From assembly GCA_001443445.1 (NCBI GenBank), contig LDXN01000008.1:3707-67706 (forward strand): a stretch of DNA of 64,000 nt. Direction: 5' to 3'. A program made the position numbers and the translations under genes. Below, piece after piece: positions 19,632-30,341 of this stretch; position 1 is the stretch's first letter; each line of letters opens with the position of its first letter. The notes beneath the pieces are model-generated. The model searched no databases. It was given only the letters and a program-made list of their open reading frames with translations, and had not been told where the DNA came from. Source of the DNA: Candidatus Dadabacteria bacterium CSP1-2. GTDB taxonomy: Bacteria; Desulfobacterota_D; UBA1144; Nemesobacterales; CSP1-2.

Positions 19632-21119
19632 TCACGTATACCATCCGAGTGGGCTTTCATTGAGATTAATGGTTACTTGTTTCAACTGTGTATATTCCTC
19701 AACTGCATATCTTCCGAGCTCCCTTCCAATCCCGCTCTGTTTGTATCCCCCCCAGGGAAGCTGGTTAAAACAAGGTTGTGATGAATTAACCCAGAGAATA
19801 CCCGCTCTAAGCTCTTTTGTGATTCTAAATGCCCTGTTTATATCTCTAGTAAATACCCCCGCTGCAAGACCATACCTCGTTTGGTTTGCAAGCTCTATTG
19901 CTTCATCTTCTTCTCTAAATTTCATAACAGTAAGCACAGGGCCAAAGATTTCATCCTGAACTACCTTCATATTGTTTTTTACATTTGTAAAAATCGTAGG
20001 GGAAACATAGAACCCCTTTTTAAGTTCGCCATTTTGAAGTCGCTTTCCCCCGTAAGCGATTTCTGCCCCCTCTTTCTTCCCAAGCTCTATATAATGCATC
20101 ACCTTATTTAACTGTTTCTCAGATGCAATCGGGCCCATTTCAGTGGCTTCCTCAAGTGGGTTACCTATTTTTATCCTCTTTGCCTTTTTAGTAAGCTCCT
20201 CTACAAATCTATCATGTATTTTATCGTGGAGATAAAGTCTTGATGTTGCAGAGCAAACCTCTCCTTGATTTACAAAAATCCCAAACTGCACCCACTCGAC
20301 AGCAAGAGGGAAATCAGCATCCTCAAAAACAATCATCGGGGATTTTCCACCAAGCTCGAGTGAGATCTTCTTGACATTCCCCGCTGCGGCTATCATTAGT
20401 TGTTTTCCTACCTCTGTGCTTCCAGTAAATGCGATCTTGTCAACGTACTCATTCTTTGCAAGCTCCATTCCAGCAACCGGGCCAAGACCGTTTATTATGT
20501 TTACAACACCATCGGGAAACCCTACCTCCTTAATCAACTTCGCAAGCTCAAGTGCAGTTAGGGGTGTTATTTCTGCAGGTTTTAATACACAACAATTCCC
20601 TGTAGCAAGGGCCGGAGCCAGTTTCCATGCAGCCATAAGAAGAGGATAATTCCATGGGATAATCTGACCAACTACACCAACAGGTTCTCTGAGCACCATT
20701 GCAAAGATATTTGGGTCGGGAACAGGAACGATGTCGCCATTAATTTTGTCTGCAAGACCACCATAAAATTCAAAGCAATCTGCCGCATCACTCATATCCA
20801 TCCTTGACTCTCTTATGGGTTTCCCGGAGTTTAAGGTTTCAAGTTGAGCAAGTTCCTCAGCCTGATCTCTAATCGCACGGGCAAGGGCAAATAGTAATTT
20901 CCCGCGCTCGACTTGACTCATTTTTCTCCAAGGACCTTTATCAAATGCGCGTCTTGCAGCCATTATTGCCATTCTTGCATCTTCTTCATCAGCAAGCGGG
21001 ACAGTAGCGATCACCTCTTGGTTCGCAGGGTTTATAACATTCCAAGTCTCTCCTGTATGAGAAGAAACCCATTTGCCGTCAACAAACATCTTATATTTTT
21101 TCACAGCCATCGGGATCAC
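19632..21119 (-). CDS. Aldehyde dehydrogenase (betaine/aminobutyraldehyde type)
   Basis: PWNYPL, FTGSTEVG, LELGGKSP, NQGEVCS and EIFGPV. Confidence 0.92.
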   Translation of the reverse strand: MIPMAVKKYKMFVDGKWVSSHTGETWNVINPANQEVIATVPLADEEDARMAIMAARRAFDKGPWRKMSQVERGKLLFALARAIRDQAEELAQLETLNSGKPIRESRMDMSDAADCFEFYGGLADKINGDIVPVPDPNIFAMVLREPVGVVGQIIPWNYPLLMAAWKLAPALATGNCCVLKPAEITPLTALELAKLIKEVGFPDGVVNIINGLGPVAGMELAKNEYVDKIAFTGSTEVGKQLMIAAAGNVKKISLELGGKSPMIVFEDADFPLAVEWVQFGIFVNQGEVCSATSRLYLHDKIHDRFVEELTKKAKRIKIGNPLEEATEMGPIASEKQLNKVMHYIELGKKEGAEIAYGGKRLQNGELKKGFYVSPTIFTNVKNNMKVVQDEIFGPVLTVMKFREEDEAIELANQTRYGLAAGVFTRDINRAFRITKELRAGILWVNSSQPCFNQLPWGGYKQSGIGRELGRYAVEEYTQLKQVTINLNESPLGWYT

Positions 21120-21198
21120 CCCTCCAAAAAGTTGCTACTTGCTAGTCGTTAGTCATTACTCTATACAATCATAGTTAACCGCATAACCTTCCATCATT

Positions 21199-21297
21199 GT
21201 CATTGCGGGCGTTAGCGAAGCAATCTCAAAAACAATCAAGAGATTGCTTCGGGACGGAGCCTGCACCGAGTGTATGCGAAGTGTCCCTCGCAATGAC
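21199..21297. repeat. GTCATTGCG...GCAATC REP pair with a 24-nt mini-element insert at 21260-21283
   Basis: Inverted ends GTCATTGCG/CGCAATGAC and inner AAGCAATCTC/GAGATTGCTT. Confidence 0.8.
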
Positions 21298-21420
21298 AGG
21301 TAAGGAAACTCGCTTCTTATTAGTAACAACAAATTATGAATTTTTTGTAACATACTATAACCTTTTGAGAAAAGACCAACGACTTCATAAAAAGATTATA
21401 ACAATTTCTCATACTTACTT

Positions 21421-22785
21421 CTAGGCTTTCTTTTTAGAGGAATATCCCTTATTAACTGCTCGAACTGCTTTTTCTAAAATATCTAAGCCTCTCAGAAGTA
21501 AACCCTCATCTATTATTAGAGGAACAAGAAGCCTCACAACGTTATCGTAAACGCCTGCCTTCATTATCACTAATCCATTTTTGTAGCATTGTTTAATTAC
21601 CTCTGCAGCCTCTTCCTTAGCAGGCTCCTTTGTAACTCTATCCTTAACGAGCTCAATCGCAGCCATAGCCCCTAACCCCCTAGCGTCTCCTATTATATAA
21701 TATTTCTCATGCATATTTTTGAGCCTTTCGTTTATTAATTCACCAACCCTACGGGCATGCTCCATAAATCCCTCCTCCTGCATTATTTCAATTACTTTTA
21801 AAGAGGCAACACAAGATAGCGGATTTCCTCCGAATGTTCCACCCAGCGATCCAACTTCTGGTGCATTCATAATCTCTGCCTTTCCCGTTACCGCTCCAAG
21901 GGGAAGCCCCGCGGCTATTGATTTTCCCATAACCATTATGTCAGGTTCCAAGTTGTAATGATTAACTGCAAACATCTCACCGGTTCTCCCAAATCCTGTT
22001 TGCACCTCATCCACGATAAATACGATTCCGTTCTCCTTACAAATCCTAGCTATTCCGGGAAGAAACTCAGGCGGCGGAACTATGAATCCGCCTTCGCCAG
22101 TAACGGGCTCGACAATAACGGCAGCAACCTCCTCAGGATCTACATGGGTTTTAAAAAAGCTTTTAAAATGGTCAAGACACGCAACCGCGCAATTCGAATA
22201 ATCAGATCCGAACGGACAACGGTATGGGTAAGCATAAGGCATACGGTATACTTCAGGTGCAAAGGGACCAAATCCCAGTTTGTAGTATCTTAATTTGCTT
22301 GTGAGGGTCATGGTTAGGAGAGTTCTTCCATGAAACGCATGCTCGAAGGTTATAACCGATTTTCTTTTCGTAAAGTATCTTGATACCTTGATGGCGTTTT
22401 CCACAGCCTCAGCTCCACTGTTTACAAGAATGGTCTTTTTAGGGAAATTTCCAGGGGTAATCTCAGCGAGTTTCTCAGCAAGCCTAACATAAGGCTCGTA
22501 CATAAACACATGAAAACAAGTATGAAGATATTTTTCTATCTGCACCCTTAGAGCTTCGGTTATTTCCTTTCTTGAGTGTCCAACATTAACAGTTGCAAGA
22601 CCACTTGCAAAATCTATAAAGGTGTTTCCATCTATATCAGTAATTAGTGAATCTTTAGCCTTTTCAATAAATGCCGGTACGGTATTAAACACCCCTCTTG
22701 GTACATATTTTTCTCTGAGTTCAATCATTCCTTTTGATTTTGGTCCTGGAATCTCTGTTTTTAGATTTTCACTTGTTTTTTTCAT
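21421..22785 (-). CDS. gabT: 4-aminobutyrate--2-oxoglutarate aminotransferase (class III PLP)
   Basis: NSGAEAVENA, FHGRT, DEVQTGFGRTG and GGTFGGNP. Confidence 0.9.
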   Translation of the reverse strand: MKKTSENLKTEIPGPKSKGMIELREKYVPRGVFNTVPAFIEKAKDSLITDIDGNTFIDFASGLATVNVGHSRKEITEALRVQIEKYLHTCFHVFMYEPYVRLAEKLAEITPGNFPKKTILVNSGAEAVENAIKVSRYFTKRKSVITFEHAFHGRTLLTMTLTSKLRYYKLGFGPFAPEVYRMPYAYPYRCPFGSDYSNCAVACLDHFKSFFKTHVDPEEVAAVIVEPVTGEGGFIVPPPEFLPGIARICKENGIVFIVDEVQTGFGRTGEMFAVNHYNLEPDIMVMGKSIAAGLPLGAVTGKAEIMNAPEVGSLGGTFGGNPLSCVASLKVIEIMQEEGFMEHARRVGELINERLKNMHEKYYIIGDARGLGAMAAIELVKDRVTKEPAKEEAAEVIKQCYKNGLVIMKAGVYDNVVRLLVPLIIDEGLLLRGLDILEKAVRAVNKGYSSKKKA

Positions 22786-23020
22786 TTCTTAAGCTCTTGA
22801 ATAACAGGAACTAGATTTGATATTTTTGATATTATAGTATGCTGCAATAAAAAACAATAATTTTATTGTCATCAAAAGAAAATAGCCTTCTGCCCACCCT
22901 ATGAAGAATGAAGTTCTGAGGCGACCTGGCACGACATGACATTCAGTACAAAGTGAGTAATCACAAATTGACAGCTTCACATTACCCTAAAAACTAGAAT
23001 AACAAGATACATATTGGGGG

Positions 23021-23035
23021 GCAATTACTGTGCCG
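23021..23035 (-). promoter_or_regulatory. Putative sigma-54 -24/-12 promoter for the gabT-aldh-pot genes
   Basis: Minus strand CGGCAC-AGTAA-TTGC fits TGGCAC-N5-TTGC; next to two sigma-54 activator genes. Confidence 0.6.
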
Positions 23036-23074
23036 TGAAAGGTTTCAAACGGAACTAACGAAATCATTAGAAAA

Positions 23075-24277
23075 CTAAATTGCCATTGCGTCAACCTTTC
23101 TCTTCTTTGTACCGCCTAGCCTAGCAAATTCCATGTGGTCAAGAAACTTTAAAAGCTTTACTTGAACATTTTGTGGAAGCTCCCCTATCTCATCCAAAAA
23201 AAGGGTTCCACCATTTGCGAGCTCAACCAATCCTGGCTTACCTTCAGGCTTTGCCCCCGTAAATGCACCCTTTTCGTAACCGAATAGCTCAGCTTCAATA
23301 AGGGTCTCCGGTATTGCACTACAATCTATATCAATAAACGCCTTATCCTTGCGCTGGCTCCCCTCATGGATTATCTTTGCAAAGAGTTCCTTACCAACCC
23401 CTGATTCGCCGAGTATAAGAACCGTTGAATTAAACCTCGCAACCTTGAGCGCTGTCTCAAGGGCATTTAGCAACTTTTTACTCTTAGCTACGATATCTAT
23501 AGTTTTAATCTCCCTCATTTCCCTCTCGCTTTCTTTTATTCTCTCCTTGAGTTCTTCTAAAAGCGTGACATCCCTTTCACTGGTCACAACGTATATGATT
23601 TCCCCATTACCATCAAACACAGGATTTCCAGTAATAAGTAATTTCCTTCCACTTCTAACGCTCTGAATAAAACTCACCGGTACTCTCTTGCGAAGTACTT
23701 CTATCGTGACAGATGTATCAAAGAAGCCCTCTTCCACAAGTTCTCTCACATTTCTTCCAATTACATCCTTTTCCTTAAGGTCGTTAAGCCTCAACGAAGC
23801 CTTGTTTACCTTAATTACGTTTCCATCTCCATCAGTAATAAAAAGTCCGTCATAGCAGGACTCAATTATCGCTTCCATCCGAAGATTTAGTTTTTTTACT
23901 GAATGTAGCTCGTCTGATATTCTATCAATCTCACTAATTTCTTGAAAAACGCTGACTGCACCGATTATCTTTCCATCGACTTTTATAGGACTAATGTTTG
24001 CAACAAGTGTAACAATCTTGCCTCGAAGAACTTTACCGCTAACACCTACTCCGCTTTGGATTACGTCGAGAAGCCCACTTCCTGTATTTGGAAGGACATC
24101 CAACACAAATCGATTAATCGCCTTTTCCGTAGGTATTTGGAATATGTTCTCAGCCGCTTTATTGAAGAACATAATCTCCCCCTTCGAATTAACTATAACT
24201 ACACCGTTTGGAATAACGCTCGCTATTTCTTTAAATAACTTTGTATCTTTAATAGGAAAGCTCACACGCTTTTTCAT
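23075..24277 (-). pseudogene. PAS-PAS sigma-54 activator, C-terminally truncated
   Basis: GESGVGKE, GAFTGA and LFLDEIG present; ends KVDAMAI* where [10 protein letters not shown], the rest of the AAA domain and the HTH are expected. Confidence 0.75.
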
Positions 24278-24297
24278 AGTACTAGCTTTTGTTCCTT

Positions 24298-25752
24298 TTA
24301 CTCCTCCTTGAAAGTGTCCTTTCTTATTCCAAACTCCTTGAGTCTTAACTCAAGTATTCTTCTTGTCGTTCCGAGTAGATCAGCTAATTCGGTGTTAGAG
24401 AGATTTGGATGCTCTTTAACCGCCTTTTCAATTAGCTTGTGATCTAATTCGGTGGTAAGGGACTGGATTAATTCATGTATCATCTCCCAGCTACCTTTTA
24501 AGGGTAGATCCTCTACCCCTAAAAACAACCGAAATACCTTCCATAGACCATGAAAAAAGATCTCTTCCCCTATTTCCGAGGGACTTTCATGAGAGCCTTT
24601 TATCTGAAGATCCCGTGCTTCTATCCTATCACCCTGAGCTTCAATTAACGCACGCTCGATCATATTTTCTAGTTCTCTAACGTTCCCCGGGTAATCATGC
24701 TCCATAAGAATATGCCACGCCTCAGAAGAAAGCTCTGTGATCTGCCTTTCTAACTTTTTCCCCTTATTTTCAAGGAAATGTGCAACAAGAATGGGAATAT
24801 CGTCCTTTCTTTCTCTAAGCAGAGGAAGCTCTATAGTGATAACACTGAGTCTGTAGTATAAATCCTTCCTAAAGCTTTCGTCATCTAAGGCCTTTCTAAT
24901 ATCTCTATTTGTAGCTGCAATTATTCTTACGTCAACCTTTATTGGAGTTCCTCCCCCCACCCTTTCAAATTCCCTCTCCTGGAGGAATCTGAGAATCTTT
25001 GTTTGGAGCCACGGGCTCATATCGCCTATTTCATCGAGGAAAAGTGTCCCTCCATGTGCACGTTCAAATTTTCCTACCTGAGTTCTAAGCGCACCCGTGA
25101 AAGCCCCCTTCTCATATCCAAAGAGCTCACTCTCAAGAAGAGTTTCAGGGAGTGCAGCGCAATTTATAGCGACAAAAGGCCCCTTCCTTCTTTTACCTGA
25201 CTCATGTATTTCTCTAGCTACAAGCTCTTTACCTGTTCCGCTCTCTCCCAGGATAAGTACTGTTGAATCCGTATTAGCAGCCTTCTCTATAGCAGAAAAT
25301 ACCTCCTCCATCTTTGGGCTCTTGCCGATAATAGTATTGTATCCATGAGGGCTGCGCTTAACACTACGAACCTCATGAGAGATTTTTCTCCCCTCGATCG
25401 CCCTTTCAACTACTGAAAGAAACTCCTCATTTCCAAACGGCTTGATGAGATATTCAAAGGCTCCGCCTTTCATCGCTTCAATTGCCGACTTTACACTTGA
25501 ATATGCGGTCATAATAATGACTGGCATATCTGGGTGTGTGTACTTTACCCTTTTTAAGAGCTCTAGTCCGTTCATCCCTGGCATTGATAGGTCAACAACC
25601 ATCAAATCGGTGTCATGCCCTGTTATATATTTAAGTGCTAGATCACCGCTTAAGGCAAATGACACATCGTATTTTCCCTCACCCGAAAGAAGTATCTGAA
25701 GGGATCGGCACATTCTGGTTTCGTCATCTACGATTAAAATTTGTGGCTTCAT
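24298..25752 (-). CDS. NtrC/AtoC-family sigma-54 response regulator
   Basis: Receiver domain (IVDD, DLSMP), [14 protein letters not shown] and YPGNVREL. Confidence 0.92.
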   Translation of the reverse strand: MKPQILIVDDETRMCRSLQILLSGEGKYDVSFALSGDLALKYITGHDTDLMVVDLSMPGMNGLELLKRVKYTHPDMPVIIMTAYSSVKSAIEAMKGGAFEYLIKPFGNEEFLSVVERAIEGRKISHEVRSVKRSPHGYNTIIGKSPKMEEVFSAIEKAANTDSTVLILGESGTGKELVAREIHESGKRRKGPFVAINCAALPETLLESELFGYEKGAFTGALRTQVGKFERAHGGTLFLDEIGDMSPWLQTKILRFLQEREFERVGGGTPIKVDVRIIAATNRDIRKALDDESFRKDLYYRLSVITIELPLLRERKDDIPILVAHFLENKGKKLERQITELSSEAWHILMEHDYPGNVRELENMIERALIEAQGDRIEARDLQIKGSHESPSEIGEEIFFHGLWKVFRLFLGVEDLPLKGSWEMIHELIQSLTTELDHKLIEKAVKEHPNLSNTELADLLGTTRRILELRLKEFGIRKDTFKEE

Positions 25753-25848
25753 CTCTATTTTATTCCCATTTCTCCCGCAGTGTGGGAGAAATACTGCTTT
25801 TTATATTATCACATCGATTTTTGCTGATGAAGGGCTCTCCACTTTTCT

Positions 25849-27009
25849 CTAAACCGAATATTTCCTTCCCTTCCACTCAATCTCCCTACTAATTTTACCC
25901 CTATATGCTGAGAGTAAAAACAAAATAGTAGAAACCCCTATACCTATAGGGTAAAAAAATGCTGAGGCATTTGGATATTTCAATTCGTCGAATCTCCTCA
26001 ACTTTGTGACAACCATAAGAGACACTAGACATAAAGTTGCAATCAAAAATAAACCACTTGTAAATCCTGGCTCTATGAAAGTCAAAAGCAATGAATAAAG
26101 AAATAGAATAAAGGGGAGTAAAGAAAAAAATATAAGGCGAAGAACTATCTTGAAAAGAGTTTTAAAGTCATAACCAAGCAGGGTAAAAAGGTTTTTTGTC
26201 CAACCCTGAACTATTTCCCTTAAAGATTTATACATCCTGCAGCGAACTATTTCCCTACCGTAGGAGAAGTAGATTTTGAACCCTTTTTTCTTAACGTTTT
26301 CCGCTAAACTAACATCTTCTAGTATTTTATCTCTTATCGTTTCATGCCCCCCTGCATCTTCATAAACACTTCTTTGAATCAAAATGAACTGCCCATTCGC
26401 TGCAGCAGCATCCGCATTAGGACTATTAATCCAATTGTAATTGTATCTATAGCTCAAGAACTCATAAATAACAGGCTGTACAGCAGATTCCCAGAATCCA
26501 CGAAGCACCTGCTCAGGGCTAAAAGAAACCATATTTATGTTGTTTGATAAACTAAAGCTTAGCACCTTTGATATCGCATCAGGGTAGAGTTCTGTATCAG
26601 CATCGAGAAAAAGAAGCCATTCTCCACCGGCCTCTTTCATACCGAGGTGAATAGCATAGTTTTTTCCTATCCAACCCTCTGGTAGGTTGCCATTTTTAAT
26701 TAACTTTAATTTCGCATTATTTTTTTGCATATCCTCTACCGCTCGATAAGTGCCATCTTTTGATCCATCATCTATGACGATAATTTCTAGCTCATTGTAG
26801 TTCTGTCTAATTACTGATGTCAGGCACGTAGATATGTTTTCCATCTCATTTCTAGCCGGGATAATGACGGATACCAAGGGGGAGTTAATTACGCCAGTGA
26901 TCTGTATATTAGATTGAATATGATCATAGGAATGATCTCTATTTTTTACAAACTCTCTGATCCAGAAAAGATATATAAAAAAAAGAAAAATATATTCTAT
27001 GAACATCAA
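25849..27009 (-). CDS. Membrane GT2 glycosyltransferase (carotenoid/hopanoid glycosyltransferase-like)
   Basis: IIPARNE, LPEGWIGK, FLDAD, ANGQFIL and EDV motifs. Confidence 0.8.
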   Translation of the reverse strand: MMFIEYIFLFFIYLFWIREFVKNRDHSYDHIQSNIQITGVINSPLVSVIIPARNEMENISTCLTSVIRQNYNELEIIVIDDGSKDGTYRAVEDMQKNNAKLKLIKNGNLPEGWIGKNYAIHLGMKEAGGEWLLFLDADTELYPDAISKVLSFSLSNNINMVSFSPEQVLRGFWESAVQPVIYEFLSYRYNYNWINSPNADAAAANGQFILIQRSVYEDAGGHETIRDKILEDVSLAENVKKKGFKIYFSYGREIVRCRMYKSLREIVQGWTKNLFTLLGYDFKTLFKIVLRLIFFSLLPFILFLYSLLLTFIEPGFTSGLFLIATLCLVSLMVVTKLRRFDELKYPNASAFFYPIGIGVSTILFLLSAYRGKISREIEWKGRKYSV

Positions 27010-27108
27010 AACTTGAATTTACAATACTATAGTCTTATTTACAATATAAAATATAAAGACTAGATTCGATCACTATAAGTCTCCCATGCTAATATCTTAT
27101 GCTAATAT

Positions 27109-27137
27109 TTGACAAAGGTAAGTTATTCACCTATATT
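27109..27137 (+). promoter_or_regulatory. Sigma-70 promoter upstream of the tRNA
   Basis: TTGACA-17 bp-TATATT. Confidence 0.6.
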
Positions 27138-27162
27138 TTGTAGTTTATTACATAAAAGAGTT

Positions 27163-27235
27163 GGGCCCATAGCTCAGCTGGTAGAGCTCCCGGCTCATAA
27201 CCGGAGGGTCCCTGGTTCGAACCCAGGTGGGCCCA
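27163..27235 (+). tRNA. tRNA with CAT anticodon, probably tRNA-Ile2 (elongator Met possible); CCA not encoded
   Basis: GGGCCCA/TGGGCCC acceptor stem, TAGCTCAG D arm, CTCATAA loop with CAT at 27196-27198, GGTTCGAA T loop; paired G1 argues against fMet. Confidence 0.92.
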
Positions 27236-27371
27236 CGCGTAATAGATATGGATTCCTAGATGGTCAAGGACGGTTACCTGAATAAATTTTATGTCTTTTC
27301 ATCGTATATACTTTCCCGAATAAAATCATTCCAAGTTTTTACAAACACAACAGCAAAACAAGGAGGTAAAT

Positions 27372-28100
27372 ATGAGGAGTCAGATTACAGCCCTTGAGGC
27401 GCTTCAGCAGCTTGATATAGAACTTAGGGAGTTGGAAGATGATCTAGAAAGATACCCTCAAGAAATATCACGATACAAAGAAGAAACAGAAAACACTAAA
27501 CAATCCCTGGCTAAAGCAAAAGAAGAACTCAACCAAACAAGAAAAAGGAAGATGGAAAGTGAGTCAAAGCTATCCGGAAATAAAGATAAAATAAAAAAGG
27601 CTGAGGTAAAGCTTTTTGAGATAAAAACATATAGGGAGTATGAAGCTTTACAAAAAGAGATTGGAGATGTTAAAAAGGCTAACGCAGATCTCGAGGAGGA
27701 TATATTAAAAGAAATGGAGACACTTGAGGGGTTAGAGACAGAGGTTAAAGAAAAGGAGAACACTCTGAATGAGAAAGAAAAGGAGTATGACAAGATAATA
27801 GACATCTATAATCGAAAAATTAGTGAGATAACAAAGGCCTATGAAATTAAGAAGCAGGAAAAGAAGAAAATGGTTTCACTTATTAACCCAGAAATACATA
27901 CACTTTACGAGAGAATAAGAAGAAGAAATGGCGTTGTAATTGTACAAGCAAGAAATGAGTTATGTACAGGATGTAATATGAACATCCCCCCACAGCTTTT
28001 TAACGAAGTCCTTACCAGTAAAAGGATGATCCAGTGCCCGAACTGTCAAAGAATTCTCTACTGTGAAGAAACAACCGAAGGTGAGGTACAAACAGCATAG
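27372..28100 (+). CDS. Coiled-coil protein with C4 zinc ribbon (DUF164-like)
   Basis: LQQLD, long coiled coil, CTGCNMNIPPQ...CPNCQRILY; AGGAGG RBS. Confidence 0.9.
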   Translation: MRSQITALEALQQLDIELRELEDDLERYPQEISRYKEETENTKQSLAKAKEELNQTRKRKMESESKLSGNKDKIKKAEVKLFEIKTYREYEALQKEIGDVKKANADLEEDILKEMETLEGLETEVKEKENTLNEKEKEYDKIIDIYNRKISEITKAYEIKKQEKKKMVSLINPEIHTLYERIRRRNGVVIVQARNELCTGCNMNIPPQLFNEVLTSKRMIQCPNCQRILYCEETTEGEVQTA

Positions 28101-28521
28101 AGTGTCTTCCACTACCTTGAACTCGTCTCTTGAAATCTATATTGACGGTGCTTCGAGAGGAAACCCAGGCAAGTCAGGTGCGGGGATATTAATAAAAGAG
28201 ACGAACGGAAGCATCCATAAGATAAAGAGAAAACTTGGGATTCGTACAAATAACCAAGCTGAATACGAGGCATTAATAAATGCCCTCAAGGCAGCAAAAG
28301 GACTTAAAAAAACCCACCTAAAAATCTATTCAGATTCACTTTTACTAGTCAGTCAGATAAACGGAAACTGGCGGATCCGTAATCCTAATATTTTAGCACT
28401 TTCCAAAAAAGCCAGAAGCCTAATTAAGGGATTTAAACACGTAGAGATTCATCACATTCCAAGGGAATTAAACAGAGAAGCAGACAGACTTGCAAACGCA
28501 GCAATAGATGAATATCCTTAA
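28063..28521 (+). CDS. rnhA: Ribonuclease HI family protein
   Basis: IDGASRGNPG, TNNQAEYEAL, SDS and NREADRLAN; true start uncertain. Confidence 0.88.
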   Translation: MKKQPKVRYKQHRVSSTTLNSSLEIYIDGASRGNPGKSGAGILIKETNGSIHKIKRKLGIRTNNQAEYEALINALKAAKGLKKTHLKIYSDSLLLVSQINGNWRIRNPNILALSKKARSLIKGFKHVEIHHIPRELNREADRLANAAIDEYP

Positions 28522-28528
28522 ATACTAG

Positions 28529-28930
28529 GACGAGTGAACTGGGCGATCGCTGGGTTTTCCAATTTGGATAACCCAGAGGAAAGTCCGAACTCCATAGGGT
28601 AGAGTGCTGGGTAATACCCAGGTGTCGTAAGACAACGGAGAGTGCAACAGAAAACAAACCGCCTATGTTTTTCTATCCTCTATTAGAATTAGAAAAACAG
28701 GCAAGGGTGAAAAGGCAGTGTAAGAGACTACCGCGCAGAATGGTGACATTTTGCGGCTTGTAAACCCCACTCGGAGAAAGACCAAATAGGGAAGTAGCTG
28801 TTTTCTTTTTAAAGAGAACAGGCAGGTAGCCCGCCTGATGCTTCCGGGTAGGTCGCATGAGGCATCCAGAAATGGATGTCCTAGATGAATGATCGTCCAA
28901 GACAGAATTCGGCTTATAGGTTCGCTCGTC
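28529..28930 (+). ncRNA. rnpB: RNase P RNA, class A
   Basis: GAGGAAAGTCC at about 28576, AGTGCAACAGAAA, GGGTGAAAAGG, TAAACCCC, ACAGAATTCGGCTTA; complementary P1 ends. Confidence 0.95.
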
Positions 28931-28998
28931 TCTTTAAATACGTGGTTCGGGGTTCGATGCTCTTGGTTTAAATACGATACACTAGTCACGATCCACGA

Positions 28999-30204
28999 CT
29001 AGCTGAATCTAACTTTAACAAACTCCCGCTTTCCGATTTTTACCTTTAGGAGTTCTTTATAGGGCAACAAGGCCTTTGGATCGGCGATCTTTTGTCCATC
29101 TACTATAACTCCGCCCTGCTCTATTAACCTCTTTGCCTCCCCTCGACTTTTGACCCTATCAGAAGAAAGGAGAACTAGGTCCAAAATAGTTGTGCCATTT
29201 GTTCTCACAAGCGTTATCTCTTTTGCATCTTCTGGAAACTGCCTATCAGAAAACTTAATCTCGAAATCCCTTTGAGCCTGAGCAGCACTTTCATTTCCAT
29301 GAAACCAAGAGACTAGCTCGGAAGAAAGAGCCTTCTTAGCGTCCATAGGATGCCACTCAACTCTCATCTTGCCGATTTCCTCCTGAGGCCTCTTGCTGAG
29401 AAGTTCGTAATACTTCCACATTAGCCGGTCTGATATAGACATAACCTTCCCGTATATCTCGTCTGGAGTGTCTTCTATCGCTATATAGTTCCCGAGGGAT
29501 TTAGACATCTTCTGAACACCATCAAGACCTTCTAGGATAGGAACTAAGATAGCCACTTGTGGTTCTTGTTTGAAATACCTCTGAACGTCTCGGCCAAGAA
29601 GAATGTTGAATTTCTGGTCTGTCCCTCCGAATTCAACATCCGCTCTGATGTTAGCTGAATCATAGCCCTGTATCAGAGGGTAAAGGAATTCCCTAAGTGT
29701 AATAGCAGCGCCAGATGTGTAACGTTTATGAAAGTCATCTCGTTCAAGCATTCTGGCTACATTCTCAAGTGATGCTAGTTCCAATATTTCTTGAGCGTTC
29801 ATTTTCTCAAGCCAGATGGAGTTAAAGACAACCTCAGTTTTATCTTCTCTTAGGATTTTAAAAACCTGCCTTTCGTAAGTTTTGCCGTTTTGAGCAACCT
29901 CTTCTTTAGTCAAAGGGGGTCTAGTCTCTGTCTTTCCAGAAGGATCGCCAATCATTGCAGTAAAATCTCCAATTAGAAAAACCACCGTATGCCCCAAGTC
30001 CTGAAAGTCTCTAAGTTTTTTGATAAGGACGCAGTGCCCTAGATGGAGATCCGGTGCAGTCGGGTCGAATCCAGCTTTTATTCTAAGGGGTTTATTTGTC
30101 TCTAGAGATTTCTTTAACTTTAAAAGTAGTTCTTCTTCAGAGATTATCTCTGCGGTTCCTCTTTTGATGATTTCAAGCTGTTTTTCGGGACTAATCTTTG
30201 TCAT
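28999..30204 (-). CDS. tyrS: Tyrosine--tRNA ligase
   Basis: [18 protein letters not shown] and C-terminal S4 domain; start placed at MTKISPE. Confidence 0.97.
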   Translation of the reverse strand: MTKISPEKQLEIIKRGTAEIISEEELLLKLKKSLETNKPLRIKAGFDPTAPDLHLGHCVLIKKLRDFQDLGHTVVFLIGDFTAMIGDPSGKTETRPPLTKEEVAQNGKTYERQVFKILREDKTEVVFNSIWLEKMNAQEILELASLENVARMLERDDFHKRYTSGAAITLREFLYPLIQGYDSANIRADVEFGGTDQKFNILLGRDVQRYFKQEPQVAILVPILEGLDGVQKMSKSLGNYIAIEDTPDEIYGKVMSISDRLMWKYYELLSKRPQEEIGKMRVEWHPMDAKKALSSELVSWFHGNESAAQAQRDFEIKFSDRQFPEDAKEITLVRTNGTTILDLVLLSSDRVKSRGEAKRLIEQGGVIVDGQKIADPKALLPYKELLKVKIGKREFVKVRFS

Positions 30205-30292
30205 AATTAGAAATCCTTTTCCTAAATTCGATTTAAAATATAGTATATTCAAGCCTTAAGTCAACGAGAGAAAGAGGTATCGAATATTCTAC

Positions 30293-30321
30293 TTGAAAAA
30301 ACTCTCGATAGTTCTTAGAAT
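30293..30321 (+). promoter_or_regulatory. Putative sigma-70 promoter for the clpX-like gene and rimO
   Basis: TTGAAA-17 bp-TAGAAT. Confidence 0.45.
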
Positions 30322-30341
30322 ATTAAACTTGCGGAGGTTAC

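Noticed and set aside
21156..21424. Short track ORFs here and at 49218-49738, 51180-52160, 53474-53798 and 28433-28989
   Set aside because: They are translations of REP DNA or of rnpB, with no independent coding signal
22860..22980. Possible ferredoxin relic (DYSLCTECH / CRARSP)
   Set aside because: Needs a frameshift and a lost Cys; too short to support
27163..27235. tRNA as an integration site
   Set aside because: No duplicated 3' end and no integrase seen; the downstream genes are housekeeping
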